A stretch of DNA of 64,000 nucleotides from an uncultured Trueperaceae bacterium (GTDB lineage Bacteria; Deinococcota; Deinococci; Deinococcales; Trueperaceae). The notes beneath the pieces are model-generated. The model saw nothing but the letters and a program-made list of their open reading frames with translations. It did no database searches and was not told where the DNA came from. This document shows, one piece after another, positions 20,537-30,362 of this stretch. The stretch spans positions 1-64,000 of the forward strand of contig CAWFFU010000012.1 of the NCBI GenBank assembly GCA_963815215.1. Reading direction: 5' to 3'. The position numbers were made by a program, and so were the translations under genes. Numbering within the stretch: the stretch's first letter is position 1; every line of letters starts with the position of its first letter.

Positions 20537-22084
20537 TCACCGCTGCGCCAGCATCCCCCCGCCGTGCAGGAACTCCAGGATCCCGGACGCCAGCCCCTGC
20601 GCGAGCTTCTCCTGGTAGCTGGACTCGCGCAGGTCGTGCCCCTCGGTGGGGTTGCTCACGAAGCCGACCTCGACCAGGATCGACGGGATGCGCGCGGTCC
20701 GCAGGACGTAGAACAGGTTCTTGCGAACGCCTCGGTTGGTGGCGCCGGTGGCGGCGATCAAGTGCTGCTGGACGTCGTCGGCCAGCGTCATGGAGAAGTT
20801 GTACTGGGTCTCGCGCAGGATCTGGCCGGCGATGTCGTCCGCCGTCTTGCGCGCCTTCTCGGTGAGCGCCTGGCCCTGCGCCCCCGAGCCGTTCTCCTGG
20901 ATCGCCAGGTTGATGTAGTTGGGGTCGAGGGGCTTGCCGAACACCCAGGTCTCGATGCCCGCGGCGCTCGCCACCGGGGCGCTGTTGGCGTGGATCGACA
21001 CGAACAGGTTGCGCTCGGGGGTCTCGAACGCCGAGCGTTGCGCCAGGGTCAGGAAGGTGTCGTTGTCGCGCGTCATGATGACCTTGACGTTCTGCGCTTC
21101 GAGCAGCTTCCTGAGCTTGAGCGCGACATCGAGCACGACGGTCTTCTCGACCGACCACTTCGACAGGGTGCCGGGATCCATGCCGCCGTGGCCGGGGTCG
21201 ATGACCACCACCTGGGGTTGCGGTTTGGGCGCAGCCAACGCCTGGGGCGCGCTCGGGTCGCTGGAGAGCAGCTTGGCGATGGGCTGACCGCTCAGATCGG
21301 GGGCGAAGTCGACGTAGAGCGTCTTGGTGTCGCCCTTGTCCAACGTGCCGACCTCGAACCCCTTGCCCTCGGGGTCGAGGGCGTAGCTCGTGTGCACGAC
21401 CAGCGACGCCTGCCCTCCGCGCTGCGTGACGTCGATCTCCGTGACGTTGGGGTCGCTCATGGGCGTGCTCTTGGGTGTGGCGTGTGCGTCGGGGAAGCGG
21501 ATCACGAGCGCCTTACCGTCCGCGGCCACGGTGTAGTTGGCGGCGAACGGCAGGTCGATCGCCACCCGAGACACGCCGCCCGACAACCCGGTGCGGGGGG
21601 CGGGCAGAGCGTACCCGAGCTGATCGGCCGTCTCGATGGTGATGACGTGCTTGTCGCCGTTCCACGGACTGATGCCCCCGAACGCGGCCACCGTCGGCGT
21701 GATCGGGACGTAGGCGGTGCCGTCGACCAGGATGGCCATGGGGCTGGCAACGCTGCGCTTGCCGACCGTCAGGCCGCCGTCTTGTTTCACGAGGCCCTTG
21801 GCGATGTCGCCCGTGGCCCGGAACACGGCCGAGGTCGTGCCGTCCGAGAGCGTCAACGTCTTGGCGCTCGGATCGTACTTCACGTCGAGCTTCATGGCCT
21901 GAGCCAGCACCGCGGCCTTGGCGAAGGCGTCGACGTTGTCACCCTGATCGAGGAAGTAGTACGGGCCGGCAGTGTCGAGCAGGACGCCGTTGACCGCGAG
22001 GTAGTTGACCTTCTGCTGGCCGGACGCCAGGCCCGCCAGCGCGGCCACCAGAGCCAGAAGGACCGTGAGGAAGGGACGTTTCAC
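20537..22084 (-). CDS. N-acetylmuramoyl-L-alanine amidase (Amidase_3), secreted
   Basis: Signal peptide; IDPGHGG.D, EK..VL, MTRD.D, SIHAN, LVEVGF.SN. Confidence 0.92.
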   Translation of the reverse strand: MKRPFLTVLLALVAALAGLASGQQKVNYLAVNGVLLDTAGPYYFLDQGDNVDAFAKAAVLAQAMKLDVKYDPSAKTLTLSDGTTSAVFRATGDIAKGLVKQDGGLTVGKRSVASPMAILVDGTAYVPITPTVAAFGGISPWNGDKHVITIETADQLGYALPAPRTGLSGGVSRVAIDLPFAANYTVAADGKALVIRFPDAHATPKSTPMSDPNVTEIDVTQRGGQASLVVHTSYALDPEGKGFEVGTLDKGDTKTLYVDFAPDLSGQPIAKLLSSDPSAPQALAAPKPQPQVVVIDPGHGGMDPGTLSKWSVEKTVVLDVALKLRKLLEAQNVKVIMTRDNDTFLTLAQRSAFETPERNLFVSIHANSAPVASAAGIETWVFGKPLDPNYINLAIQENGSGAQGQALTEKARKTADDIAGQILRETQYNFSMTLADDVQQHLIAATGATNRGVRKNLFYVLRTARIPSILVEVGFVSNPTEGHDLRESSYQEKLAQGLASGILEFLHGGGMLAQR

Positions 22085-22194
22085 TCTACGGCGAGTCTAC
22101 CACGGCATTCCGCCGGTGTTGGGTGGAAGTTCACGCCAGGGGCGGCATTTCTCGGCCCGGGGCGTGAGAAACGTGAAGCCCGCGCGCTCGCCCC

Positions 22195-22584
22195 CTAAGG
22201 GTGACGATCCTCGTCGGGAACGGGTGTTGCCGCTTCTGCCTCGGTGGGGCGTGGCGCTCGGGGCTTGTCCGGCAGCGGGGTGGGGCGTTCCGGAGGGCGC
22301 TCCAGGTCGCGCAGGCGTCGCTGCACCGCCTCCTCGCCGACGAGGTCGACGGCGCGGTCCTCGACCTCACCGTAGAGCTGCTCGAAGGCGCCGCGAAGGC
22401 GACTCAGCAACTCGCCGGTCTGGGTGAAGTGTCGCGCCACCTCCGCCTGGTACTGGTCGTACTCGCGCCTGAGGCGACGGAGCCGTTGTTCGCTGTCGCT
22501 GCCACGCCTCAACAGGGCGGTGATCCCGACGCCCGCCAGGGCACCTGCGATGAAGCTCACGGCCAGCCACAGCCAGACGTTCAT
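22195..22584 (-). CDS. DUF1043/YhcB(ZapG)-like single-TM coiled-coil protein
   Basis: N-terminal TM, then YQAEVARHFTQTGELL..L...F..LY; GGAGG RBS. Confidence 0.65.
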   Translation of the reverse strand: MNVWLWLAVSFIAGALAGVGITALLRRGSDSEQRLRRLRREYDQYQAEVARHFTQTGELLSRLRGAFEQLYGEVEDRAVDLVGEEAVQRRLRDLERPPERPTPLPDKPRAPRPTEAEAATPVPDEDRHP

Positions 22585-22691
22585 GACGACCTCCTGAGCC
22601 AGCATAGCAGCCCTCCTGGTCGCGACTTCGGGCGGCTGCCGGGGGCCCGGCGACGGCGCACGCGCGGAGCGGCCGGTAGACTGGCGCCACC

Positions 22692-23597
22692 ATGAGGGAT
22701 TCCGGGAACGAGTCCGGTGGCGGGAGGGGCGGCGGATCGCCACGCGATCCGGCCGCGCGCGGCGTGTACCTTCGCGCCCTACCCGACCCCCTCGTTCCTG
22801 CCAGACATTCCGTCGGGGCACGCCGTCGCAGCGCCGAGCTGCAGCGCTTCCTGCGCCCCCTGGAGCGCGTTGCGCTGGAGGCGCTGCCGATCCAGGGGTC
22901 GGTTCAAGTGCTGGTGGCGGCCTCGCGGGACTGGCGCCGGTTGTCGAGCTACCCGTACGGATTGCCGTTCGCGCGCACCACCCGCGATTCCGTGAGCCTG
23001 GTGGCGGCCGCCGACTACCCGCCGCGGCTGACGGCGCGCTTCGACGACCTGCTGCTGCGCGCGGGCCGCGGCGGCGTGCGGCCGCCCGGTGACATCCGGG
23101 AGTTCCTGGATCTGCTGCTCGGTCACGAGTGGGGCCACGCCGCGGCCAACCGCTCGGGGCTCCGCACGCGCGTCAAGTGGTTCGACGAGCTGATGGCCAC
23201 CTACCTCTTCGCGCAGGCCCTGCGCGCGGCCGGCGACGCCGCCACGTTGCAGCGCCTGGCGGCGTGGGCGGAGCTGCAGACCGCCGCCACCGCCGAAGCG
23301 CGCAGCGCGCTCGACGGCTTCGAGTACCCGCGCGGCAAGATGCCGCTGACCCGCATGCTGTGGTACCAGGGCGTGTTCACCGAGCGGGCGTTGACACTCT
23401 CGGCGGAGCGCGGCTGGGGCTTCCCCCTGCAGCTCGCCGGGCGGCTGCCCGCGGCCGACCGCGGAGCGCTGGCGCGTGCGCTGGTCGCCGTCGAGCCGGG
23501 GTTCAAGGCCTGGTTCGTAGTGTTCGCGCAGGAGGAGGGGGTGGCCGCGTTCGACGGTGTGGGCACCCCGACTCCGGGCGCCGACACGAGCGCCTAG
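22692..23597 (+). CDS. Hypothetical protein with an HExxH zinc-peptidase-like motif
   Basis: LGHEWGH followed by WFDELMA. Confidence 0.6.
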   Translation: MRDSGNESGGGRGGGSPRDPAARGVYLRALPDPLVPARHSVGARRRSAELQRFLRPLERVALEALPIQGSVQVLVAASRDWRRLSSYPYGLPFARTTRDSVSLVAAADYPPRLTARFDDLLLRAGRGGVRPPGDIREFLDLLLGHEWGHAAANRSGLRTRVKWFDELMATYLFAQALRAAGDAATLQRLAAWAELQTAATAEARSALDGFEYPRGKMPLTRMLWYQGVFTERALTLSAERGWGFPLQLAGRLPAADRGALARALVAVEPGFKAWFVVFAQEEGVAAFDGVGTPTPGADTSA

Positions 23598-25705
23598 GCG
23601 AGCGCCTCGGCGTCGCCCCGCAACCGCTGCTCTACGCGCTCCAGCTCGTCCCGCTCGCCGGCGGCGCTCTGCTCGATCCAGGCGTGGGCGCGGGTCAACG
23701 CCGCGATCGCACGTGTTCGATCGCCGCGGGCCAGCGCCGCGTTGGCGAAGGCGAGAGCCCCTTCGGCCAGCAGGTCGGCGCCGAGGTCGAGGCCCAGCAG
23801 ACGCTCGTAGAGATCGTTGGCGTGTTCCGGGTCGCCGTGCGCGTCCGCCTGGTCGGCGGCGGCAAGGTAGTGGGCGTAGGCGGCGTCCGGTGAACCGCCC
23901 CGCTCGAAGTGCTCGGCGATCAGCTCGGAGAAGCTCAGGGGTGCATGGCTCTCCAGCCAGGTGGCGATCTTCAGGTGCAGTAGCGGGCGATCGGAGAACG
24001 GGATCATGCGCAGCACCGCCTGCCGGAGCAGCTCGCTCTGGAAGCGGTACTCGATGTCTTCGGGGATGGTCGAACGCGTCTCGCGCACCAACAGGTCCTG
24101 ATCGACCAGCTCGGCTACCAGGTCCTGCTCGTTGCCCGCCGCCAGCTCGAGCAGCAGCCGCTCCCAGGTGGCCTCGCCGGTGAGCGCGGCCTGCGCCAGT
24201 AGCAGCCGCGCGGGTGCCTCGACCATGTCGAGACGCGATTGCAGCAACGACGCCAGCGACCCGGAGAAGGAGCCGCTCTGCGTCAACGACAGTGCCCGTC
24301 CCAGCTCGAGCACGTACGCCGGCACCCCGCCGACCTGCCTCACCAGGGCCTCGCTCGCCGTGCGCATCTCCGGGCTCGCGAGTTCGTCGAGCAGCGCTAC
24401 GCTCTCGTGGTAGTCGAGCGGCCCCAGCGCCAGGCTCTCGGCCTCGTCGGGAAGGGTCTCCCAGCGCGACGTGCGAAGCAACAGGATGGGCGCCTCGGCG
24501 GTGCGCAGCAGCGCCAGGAACTCCAACAGGGTCTCGTCGCGCGGCTCGTTGTCGACCGCCACCACCAGCGCGGCGCCCCCGCCACCGGAGCGCGCCAGCG
24601 CGACCAGCAGGTCGCGCCAGGCGAGGTTGGTGCGGTCGACGTTGCGCCGGTCCAGCCGGGTCCAGGCCTTGGTGCTGACCAGATCGAGGCTGCTCAGGAT
24701 CGCCTGGTGCCAGCGCGGCTCGCCGGGGAGGAGCCGCTGCACCACCTCCTGCACGCGCTGCTGACGCACGCGCCCTTCCTCGTCCGCGGCGGCGCCGAAG
24801 AGCTGCGGCTCGAGCGCCAGCCACGAGAACTCCTCGGTAGGGTGCACCTCGATCCAGAGGCTGGTGAGAGCTTCGCTCACCGACTTCAGGAACTCGTTGA
24901 GCAGACGGGTCTTGCCGCGACCCGCCTCGCCGACCAGCCACAGCTCGCGGGCCCGGCCGCTCGCCGCCGTCTGGTCGTAGGCCTCCCGCAGCGATCGCAA
25001 CTCCTCGACCCGGCCGACGAAGCGGATGTCGGCGTAGGGGTCGGATTCGCGCCGCTGCACGGTCGAGACCAGCCGGTGGGCGCGCCGCACGGCCGGGAAG
25101 CCGGGGAGCTGCAGGGGGCCGGTCTCTTCGAACGCCAGGCGGTTGCGGGTGGTCTCGAAGGTCTCGTCCCCGACCCACACCTCGCCGGGGGTGGCGGCCT
25201 CCTCGAGTCGGGCGGCGAGGTTCACGGCGCTGCCCATCACCGTGTAACTGCGGATGCGGCCGGAGCCGACCGAGCCGGCGATGACGACTCCGGTGTTGAC
25301 GCCGGCCCGCCCCTCGAGGCGGATGCCCCGGCTGCGGCCGATCGAGCGGATGGCCTCGAGGCTCGATGAGGCTGCCAGGACGGCGCGGTTGGCGTCGTCG
25401 GGGTGGGAGTGCGGGGCACCGAACAGCGCGATCAGCCCGTCCCCACGGAAGGCGTCGACGTGGCCGTCGTACTCCTCGATGATGCCGGCCACCATGGTCA
25501 GCACTTCGTCCGCCAGGTCGCGCAGCTCCTCGGGGTCGAGGCCGTGCGTGAGGCTGCTGAAGCCTGCCAGATCGACGAAGAGGACGCTCACGCGGCGGCG
25601 TTCGCGGACCGTGAGTTGACGCTCCAAACGGCTGCCGCACATGCCACAGAAGCGCATGCCGGGCGGATTACGGGTGCCGCACGTGGAACAGACCATCGAC
25701 ACCAC
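23594..25705 (-). CDS. Class III nucleotide cyclase with zinc ribbon, P-loop (STAND-like) and helical C-terminus
   Basis: CxxC..FCxxCG; FVDLAGFS, GDG, GVNTG, YTVMG.AVNLAARLE; Walker A GEAGRGKT. Confidence 0.9.
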   Translation of the reverse strand: MVSMVCSTCGTRNPPGMRFCGMCGSRLERQLTVRERRRVSVLFVDLAGFSSLTHGLDPEELRDLADEVLTMVAGIIEEYDGHVDAFRGDGLIALFGAPHSHPDDANRAVLAASSSLEAIRSIGRSRGIRLEGRAGVNTGVVIAGSVGSGRIRSYTVMGSAVNLAARLEEAATPGEVWVGDETFETTRNRLAFEETGPLQLPGFPAVRRAHRLVSTVQRRESDPYADIRFVGRVEELRSLREAYDQTAASGRARELWLVGEAGRGKTRLLNEFLKSVSEALTSLWIEVHPTEEFSWLALEPQLFGAAADEEGRVRQQRVQEVVQRLLPGEPRWHQAILSSLDLVSTKAWTRLDRRNVDRTNLAWRDLLVALARSGGGGAALVVAVDNEPRDETLLEFLALLRTAEAPILLLRTSRWETLPDEAESLALGPLDYHESVALLDELASPEMRTASEALVRQVGGVPAYVLELGRALSLTQSGSFSGSLASLLQSRLDMVEAPARLLLAQAALTGEATWERLLLELAAGNEQDLVAELVDQDLLVRETRSTIPEDIEYRFQSELLRQAVLRMIPFSDRPLLHLKIATWLESHAPLSFSELIAEHFERGGSPDAAYAHYLAAADQADAHGDPEHANDLYERLLGLDLGADLLAEGALAFANAALARGDRTRAIAALTRAHAWIEQSAAGERDELERVEQRLRGDAEALA

Positions 25706-25775
25706 GAGTATACGTAGCCGTGTCAGGGCACCGTGTCCCCGGGCGCGAAGCCCACCGATGGCGGGCGGACCGGAT

Positions 25776-27071
25776 CTACTTGCCGAAGAGCGGTGCCGGA
25801 TCGATGAAGGCCGAGGTTCCGCCGGTGTCGGTGCGCGCGTAGAAGGGCAGCAGGTCGTTGCTGAGCGTGCCTCCGCCGAGGTAGCCGAGCACCTGCCCCT
25901 GGTCGACGCTGTCGTAGAGATGGACCACCGGGGTGCGCAGGTTGGTGTACACGGTGGTGAGCCCTCCTCCGTGCTGAACCGCCACCATGTACCCGAAGTT
26001 GGCGCCCAGGTAGGAGATGGCGACCACCTTACCGGCCTGGACCGAGTGCACCGCGGCGTTGGCGACGGCCGCCTTGATGGCGATATAGGAGTTGTTGCCC
26101 TCGCCGAAGCGGCTCACGATCTTCCCTTTGTCCAGGGGCAACACGAAGCCCGTTGGCAACGGTTTGGAGGGCGCCGTCAGGGCGTCGAGCCGAGCGCGGG
26201 CGGCGTCCGCCTGCTGTTGGTACGTGAGCTGCTTGGCGCGGTCGCGCGCGTAGCTGGCGGCGGCCGCCCGCGCCTCCTGTTCCTGCTTCTTGAGCCGTGC
26301 GATCTCGAGGTCGAGTTGCTGGTTCAGGTCCTGCAGGTTGGTCGCGATCTGGTTCTGCTCCTGGAGCAGGGCCTGCTGCTGGGCGAGCTGCCCCTCCTTG
26401 CTCTTCTGCAGATCGGCGATGACGGCCTCGAGCTGGGAGCGCTTGGCCTCGCGGTCGGCTGCGTTCTGAGCGATCTCGGCCTGCTTGGACTTGAGCGCGG
26501 CCATCTGCTGGGCGAGCTGGGCCTGCGCGTCCTTGAGCTGCCCCAGCACGGCGTCGAGCCGGTTGATGACGTCGACGTCCTGCTTGGACAGCAACGACAG
26601 GTAGTAGTTGTTCACCTGGAACTGGTGCAGGGTCCGGCTGTTCGCCAGGCTGTTGGCGTAACGCGCCACCCGCTGCTGGTAGAGGTTGAGCAGCAGCGCC
26701 TTGACGCGCTCCTTGAGGGCGTCGAGCTGCGTGTTGAGGTCGCCGATCCTCGCCTCGGTCTTGGCGCGTCTGTCGTCGAGCGCCTTGAGCTGATCCTGCA
26801 GATCGGCCTGCTGCGCGCGCAGGTCGCTGAGCTCCTTGTTGACGGCGTCGCGCTGGCGGATCTTCGCCTGCAGCTCCTGGGCAGTGGCGCCGAGCTTGGC
26901 GGTGATGTCCTGGATCTGCTGCTTGCGCGCCGTGAGCTGGTCCGTCGCCTGTTGGATCTCGGACTCCAGGCTCTGCTTCTTGCTGCTGTTCACGGCCTGG
27001 GCGTTCGCCGGCGCGGGAGCCGTCAGGACGGCGCCGAGCAGCATGGCGAGGACGAGCGCGCGCTTCAGCAC
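25776..27071 (-). CDS. EnvC-like murein hydrolase activator (coiled coil plus degenerate M23 domain)
   Basis: Signal peptide, long coiled coil, M23-like C-terminus lacking Zn-binding His (YTNL); follows ftsX. Confidence 0.8.
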   Translation of the reverse strand: MLKRALVLAMLLGAVLTAPAPANAQAVNSSKKQSLESEIQQATDQLTARKQQIQDITAKLGATAQELQAKIRQRDAVNKELSDLRAQQADLQDQLKALDDRRAKTEARIGDLNTQLDALKERVKALLLNLYQQRVARYANSLANSRTLHQFQVNNYYLSLLSKQDVDVINRLDAVLGQLKDAQAQLAQQMAALKSKQAEIAQNAADREAKRSQLEAVIADLQKSKEGQLAQQQALLQEQNQIATNLQDLNQQLDLEIARLKKQEQEARAAAASYARDRAKQLTYQQQADAARARLDALTAPSKPLPTGFVLPLDKGKIVSRFGEGNNSYIAIKAAVANAAVHSVQAGKVVAISYLGANFGYMVAVQHGGGLTTVYTNLRTPVVHLYDSVDQGQVLGYLGGGTLSNDLLPFYARTDTGGTSAFIDPAPLFGK

Positions 27072-27156
27072 GGCGGTAGTCTAGCAACCCCTCACGGAGA
27101 CCGGATGATGGCGGGTCGGCGAGGGCCTCATGAAGAGGTGGCCCGGAGCGGCCGGC

Positions 27157-28020
27157 TCAGGTGGGCTCACGAAGGTGCTGCGACACGGAGATGGCGCTGC
27201 CGACCAGCCCGACCAGCACCGACAGGGCCGCGAGCAGGGCGGCGATCTGCCCCAGCGTGGCGGTGTCGTGGACGAAGGGGATGAATGCCAGCTGGTTCGA
27301 CAGGCGCTGCACGATGAACTGGTAGCCGGGGACCGCCAGGGCGAGCGTGACGACGGCGCTGATGAGACCCAGCAGGAAACCCTCGATGAGGAAGGGCGAC
27401 CGGATGAAGCTGCGCGTCGCGCCCACGAGGCGCATCACCTCGATCTCCTGGCGACGCGCGGTGATGGCCGCCCGGATCGAGTTGACGATGGCGAACAGCG
27501 CCGCAGACAGCAGCACGACGATGAGGATGGAGCCGCCCACGCGCAGCGCGTCGTTGATCGCCAGGAAGGTCTGCACCGCGTTCGAGCCGTCCTCGATGTG
27601 CATCACGCCCGGCAGGCGCGCCAGCTTGGTCCGTACCAGCGGTGTCTGCGCCGGGTCGAGCAGGCGGATCTCGAGCGTGTTGGGCAGTGGGTTGGCGATG
27701 AGCGCGGCCGCCTGGTTCAACGACGGCAGCGACTGCAGCATGTTCGCCAGCGCCTGCTCCTTGGACACGAAGTCGACGCTGGCGACCTCCGGCCAGCTGC
27801 GGACGGTGTCCATCAGTTGCGGTACCTGTGCGTTGTCGTTGAGGAACGCCGAGATCTGCAGTTCGCTCTGGAGGTTGTGCAACACGGCGTTGAGGTTCAC
27901 GCTCACCAGGCTGAAGGCCGCCAGGATGGTGAGCGACAGCGTCATGGTGGTGATGGTGGACACGCTCGCCACCCAGTTGGCGCGGATGGCGCGCATGGCC
28001 TGTGCGAGGGCGTAGCTCAT
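27157..28020 (-). CDS. ftsX: Cell division permease FtsX
   Basis: VSKEQAL, NPLP, IVNSIR..I.ARR.EIEVMRLVGAT..FIR.PFLIEG. Confidence 0.92.
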   Translation of the reverse strand: MSYALAQAMRAIRANWVASVSTITTMTLSLTILAAFSLVSVNLNAVLHNLQSELQISAFLNDNAQVPQLMDTVRSWPEVASVDFVSKEQALANMLQSLPSLNQAAALIANPLPNTLEIRLLDPAQTPLVRTKLARLPGVMHIEDGSNAVQTFLAINDALRVGGSILIVVLLSAALFAIVNSIRAAITARRQEIEVMRLVGATRSFIRSPFLIEGFLLGLISAVVTLALAVPGYQFIVQRLSNQLAFIPFVHDTATLGQIAALLAALSVLVGLVGSAISVSQHLREPT

Positions 28021-28121
28021 GGCGTGATCACGGTTCGATCCAGTCCGGGCCCCGGTCGCGGTGGGCTCGACGGCTCCGGTGGCCTCGGCGGGGAGACTGC
28101 TGGCGAGGCCGGGTGCGTCAC
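28017..28121 (-). CDS. Possible leaderless 34-aa Pro-rich upstream ORF coupled to ftsX
   Basis: TATAGT 6 nt before GTG; its TGA overlaps the ftsX ATG (ATGA). Confidence 0.35.
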   Translation of the reverse strand: MTHPASPAVSPPRPPEPSSPPRPGPGLDRTVITP

Positions 28122-28221
28122 GTCAGCACTATAACCAAGCACCGCGCGCCCGGAGACGGAGCGCCACCTCGCCGGCGGTCCGCTCCCGCGCTCGGGGGCG
28201 CGGCGGCGCCCGGGACCGGCC

Positions 28222-29220
28222 TCAGGCCTCGAGGTAGGCGGCGATGACGGCGTCGGTGAAGCGCTCGGTGGAGGCGTCGCCGCCGAGGTCGGCGGTGCGC
28301 GGACCGCGCTGGAGCACCATGTCCACGGCGCGCTCGATGCGGGCTGCAGCGTCGCGCTCGTCGAGGTGCTCGAGCATCATCGCCGCGGTGAGCATGGTCG
28401 CCGTCGGGTTGGCGGCGCCTCGTCCCGCGATGTCGGGCGCGCTACCGTGGACCGGCTCGAAGATCGCGTGCCGATCCCCGATGTTGGCGCTCGGCGCCAC
28501 CCCCAGACCGCCGACCAGCCCGGCCATGAGGTCGGACAGGATGTCGCCGAAGAGGTTGGTCGAGACCAGCACGTCGAAGCTCTCCGGGTCGCGCACGAGC
28601 TTCATGGCCGCGGCGTCCACGATGATGTCGGTGCTCTCGACGTCGGGATACTGCGCCGCCACCTCCAGCGCGGTCTGCAGGAACAACCCCGAGGTGACGG
28701 GCAGGACGTTGGCCTTGTGCACGATGGCGACCCTGCCCCGCCGCAGCCTCGCTTGCTGCATGGCCACGTGGGCGATGCGCTCACACGCACGCTTCGACAC
28801 CATGGCGTCGGCGATGGCGATGTCGCCGTAGCGCCGTTCGTTCTCGACGTACAGGCCCTCGGTGTTCTCGCGGACCATGAGCATGTCGATCCCCGCCAGG
28901 CTGCCCGGCAGCGGCCGTGTCCTGGCGGGCCGCAGGTTCGCGAACAGGTCCAGCTCGCGGCGCATGCTGCGGATGGCGCCCTTGTGTCCCTCGACCTTGT
29001 GCGTGGGGCTGGTGAAGGCGCCGGCCAGCGTGGCGTCGGCGGCGCGGACCTTCTCGAGGGTCTCGGCCGGCACGCTGATGCCGCGCTTCTCGAAGGTGGC
29101 CCAGCCGGCCTCGGCGTCGATGAACGTGAACGGTATGCCGCTCGCTTCGAGCAAGCGGCGAGTGGCGGGGACGACCTCCTGGCCTATGCCGTCCCCGGGG
29201 ATGAGACAGATGGTGTGCAT
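28222..29220 (-). CDS. Homoisocitrate dehydrogenase (isocitrate/isopropylmalate DH family; AAA lysine pathway)
   Basis: CLIPGDGIG, AEAGW.TFE.RG.SVP, RENTEGLYVE.ERRY, HKANVLP, NLFGDILSDL, EPVHGSAPDIAG; resembles Thermus HICDH as recalled. Confidence 0.8.
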   Translation of the reverse strand: MHTICLIPGDGIGQEVVPATRRLLEASGIPFTFIDAEAGWATFEKRGISVPAETLEKVRAADATLAGAFTSPTHKVEGHKGAIRSMRRELDLFANLRPARTRPLPGSLAGIDMLMVRENTEGLYVENERRYGDIAIADAMVSKRACERIAHVAMQQARLRRGRVAIVHKANVLPVTSGLFLQTALEVAAQYPDVESTDIIVDAAAMKLVRDPESFDVLVSTNLFGDILSDLMAGLVGGLGVAPSANIGDRHAIFEPVHGSAPDIAGRGAANPTATMLTAAMMLEHLDERDAAARIERAVDMVLQRGPRTADLGGDASTERFTDAVIAAYLEA

Positions 29221-29554
29221 CGTCGGCTCCTTCGATCGGTGGGTTGCGGGCCCGGCCTCGTGCGCCGGCGCCGGCGCGTCCCGGCACTCTGGGCGGGGGC
29301 CGACGCGGGCTCCGCCCGCGAGCGCGTTCAAGCTACCACGGCCCTCCTGCAGGACGGCGCTCCTGGGAGGCATCGAGCGGGGGCGCAGCGCCGTCGCGTT
29401 GGTTAGAATGGCGGCGTTCGGGAGAGTCCCCACGGGAGACGCCTGCACGCGTCGCGGCCGGTCCCTGCGCGGGTCCGGTGCCGGCGGGCGGGGGATGCGC
29501 AAAAATCGCTATGGGTACGCGGATCAAGGTCCGTAGGGTAGGGGAGGCGACGCC

Positions 29555-30343
29555 GTGAGCGCGTTGCACGGAGACATCGAGGAAGGGGTGCTGGCGAACC
29601 TGCTTCAGTACCTTGCGCTCAGTCAGGCCACGGGTCGGCTCTCCCTGCGTCATCCAGCCCGGGCGACAGGTGAGGTCTACCTGGAAGGTGGACGTGTGGT
29701 GTACGTGGATGCCGATCCGCACTTCGACGTGGCGGGGCTCATCGAGTTGATGCGCTGGCGGCGCGGCTCGTTCAGCTTCCGACCCGGGGTGGACGCGCCG
29801 CGCCGCACGCTGACCGATTCCACCGAGCGTCTTCTGCTCGAGGCCAGCCGTCGCTTCGACACCGAGCCGGCCGGGAGGGCGGACGAGCCGCTGGAGCCCG
29901 GTACCGTCTTGCGGCCGCGGGCCTCGCCCGACGACGGCCGGACCCTGGTGTCTCTGTCGGCGTTGCACGTGTGGCGCGGGCTCGACGGTCAGCTCAGCCT
30001 GGCCGAGCTGGCCGGCGCCCTGGGGCTGCCGATCCACGTGGTGGTGGGGGGTGCCGCTGAGTTGATGCGGCGCGGCCTGGCGGCGCCCGCCGACCGGGTG
30101 CTGGTCGACCGCGCCTTCGTCGAGGAGCTGACGCGCGAAGCCGTGGACATCCTCGGTCCGGTCGCCGAGATCTTCGTCGAGGACGCCGTCTTCGACCTTG
30201 GCTTGGAGCACGGCCCGCTCGCGCTGACCGCCCTCGACGATCTCGTCACGGCCGTTGCCATGCAGTTCCGTCGGAGCGACTGGCAGGTCGAGTTCCTGCA
30301 GCGCATCGAACGCATCCGTCAAGACTACGGCCTGAGCGCCTGA
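29555..30343 (+). CDS. DUF4388 (PatA-N) domain protein
   Basis: ALHGDI...LANLLQYL.....TGRL.L......GEVYL..G.VV, W..G.F.F. Confidence 0.8.
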   Translation: MSALHGDIEEGVLANLLQYLALSQATGRLSLRHPARATGEVYLEGGRVVYVDADPHFDVAGLIELMRWRRGSFSFRPGVDAPRRTLTDSTERLLLEASRRFDTEPAGRADEPLEPGTVLRPRASPDDGRTLVSLSALHVWRGLDGQLSLAELAGALGLPIHVVVGGAAELMRRGLAAPADRVLVDRAFVEELTREAVDILGPVAEIFVEDAVFDLGLEHGPLALTALDDLVTAVAMQFRRSDWQVEFLQRIERIRQDYGLSA

Positions 30344-30362
30344 TCCGGTACCGGGAGGTCCC

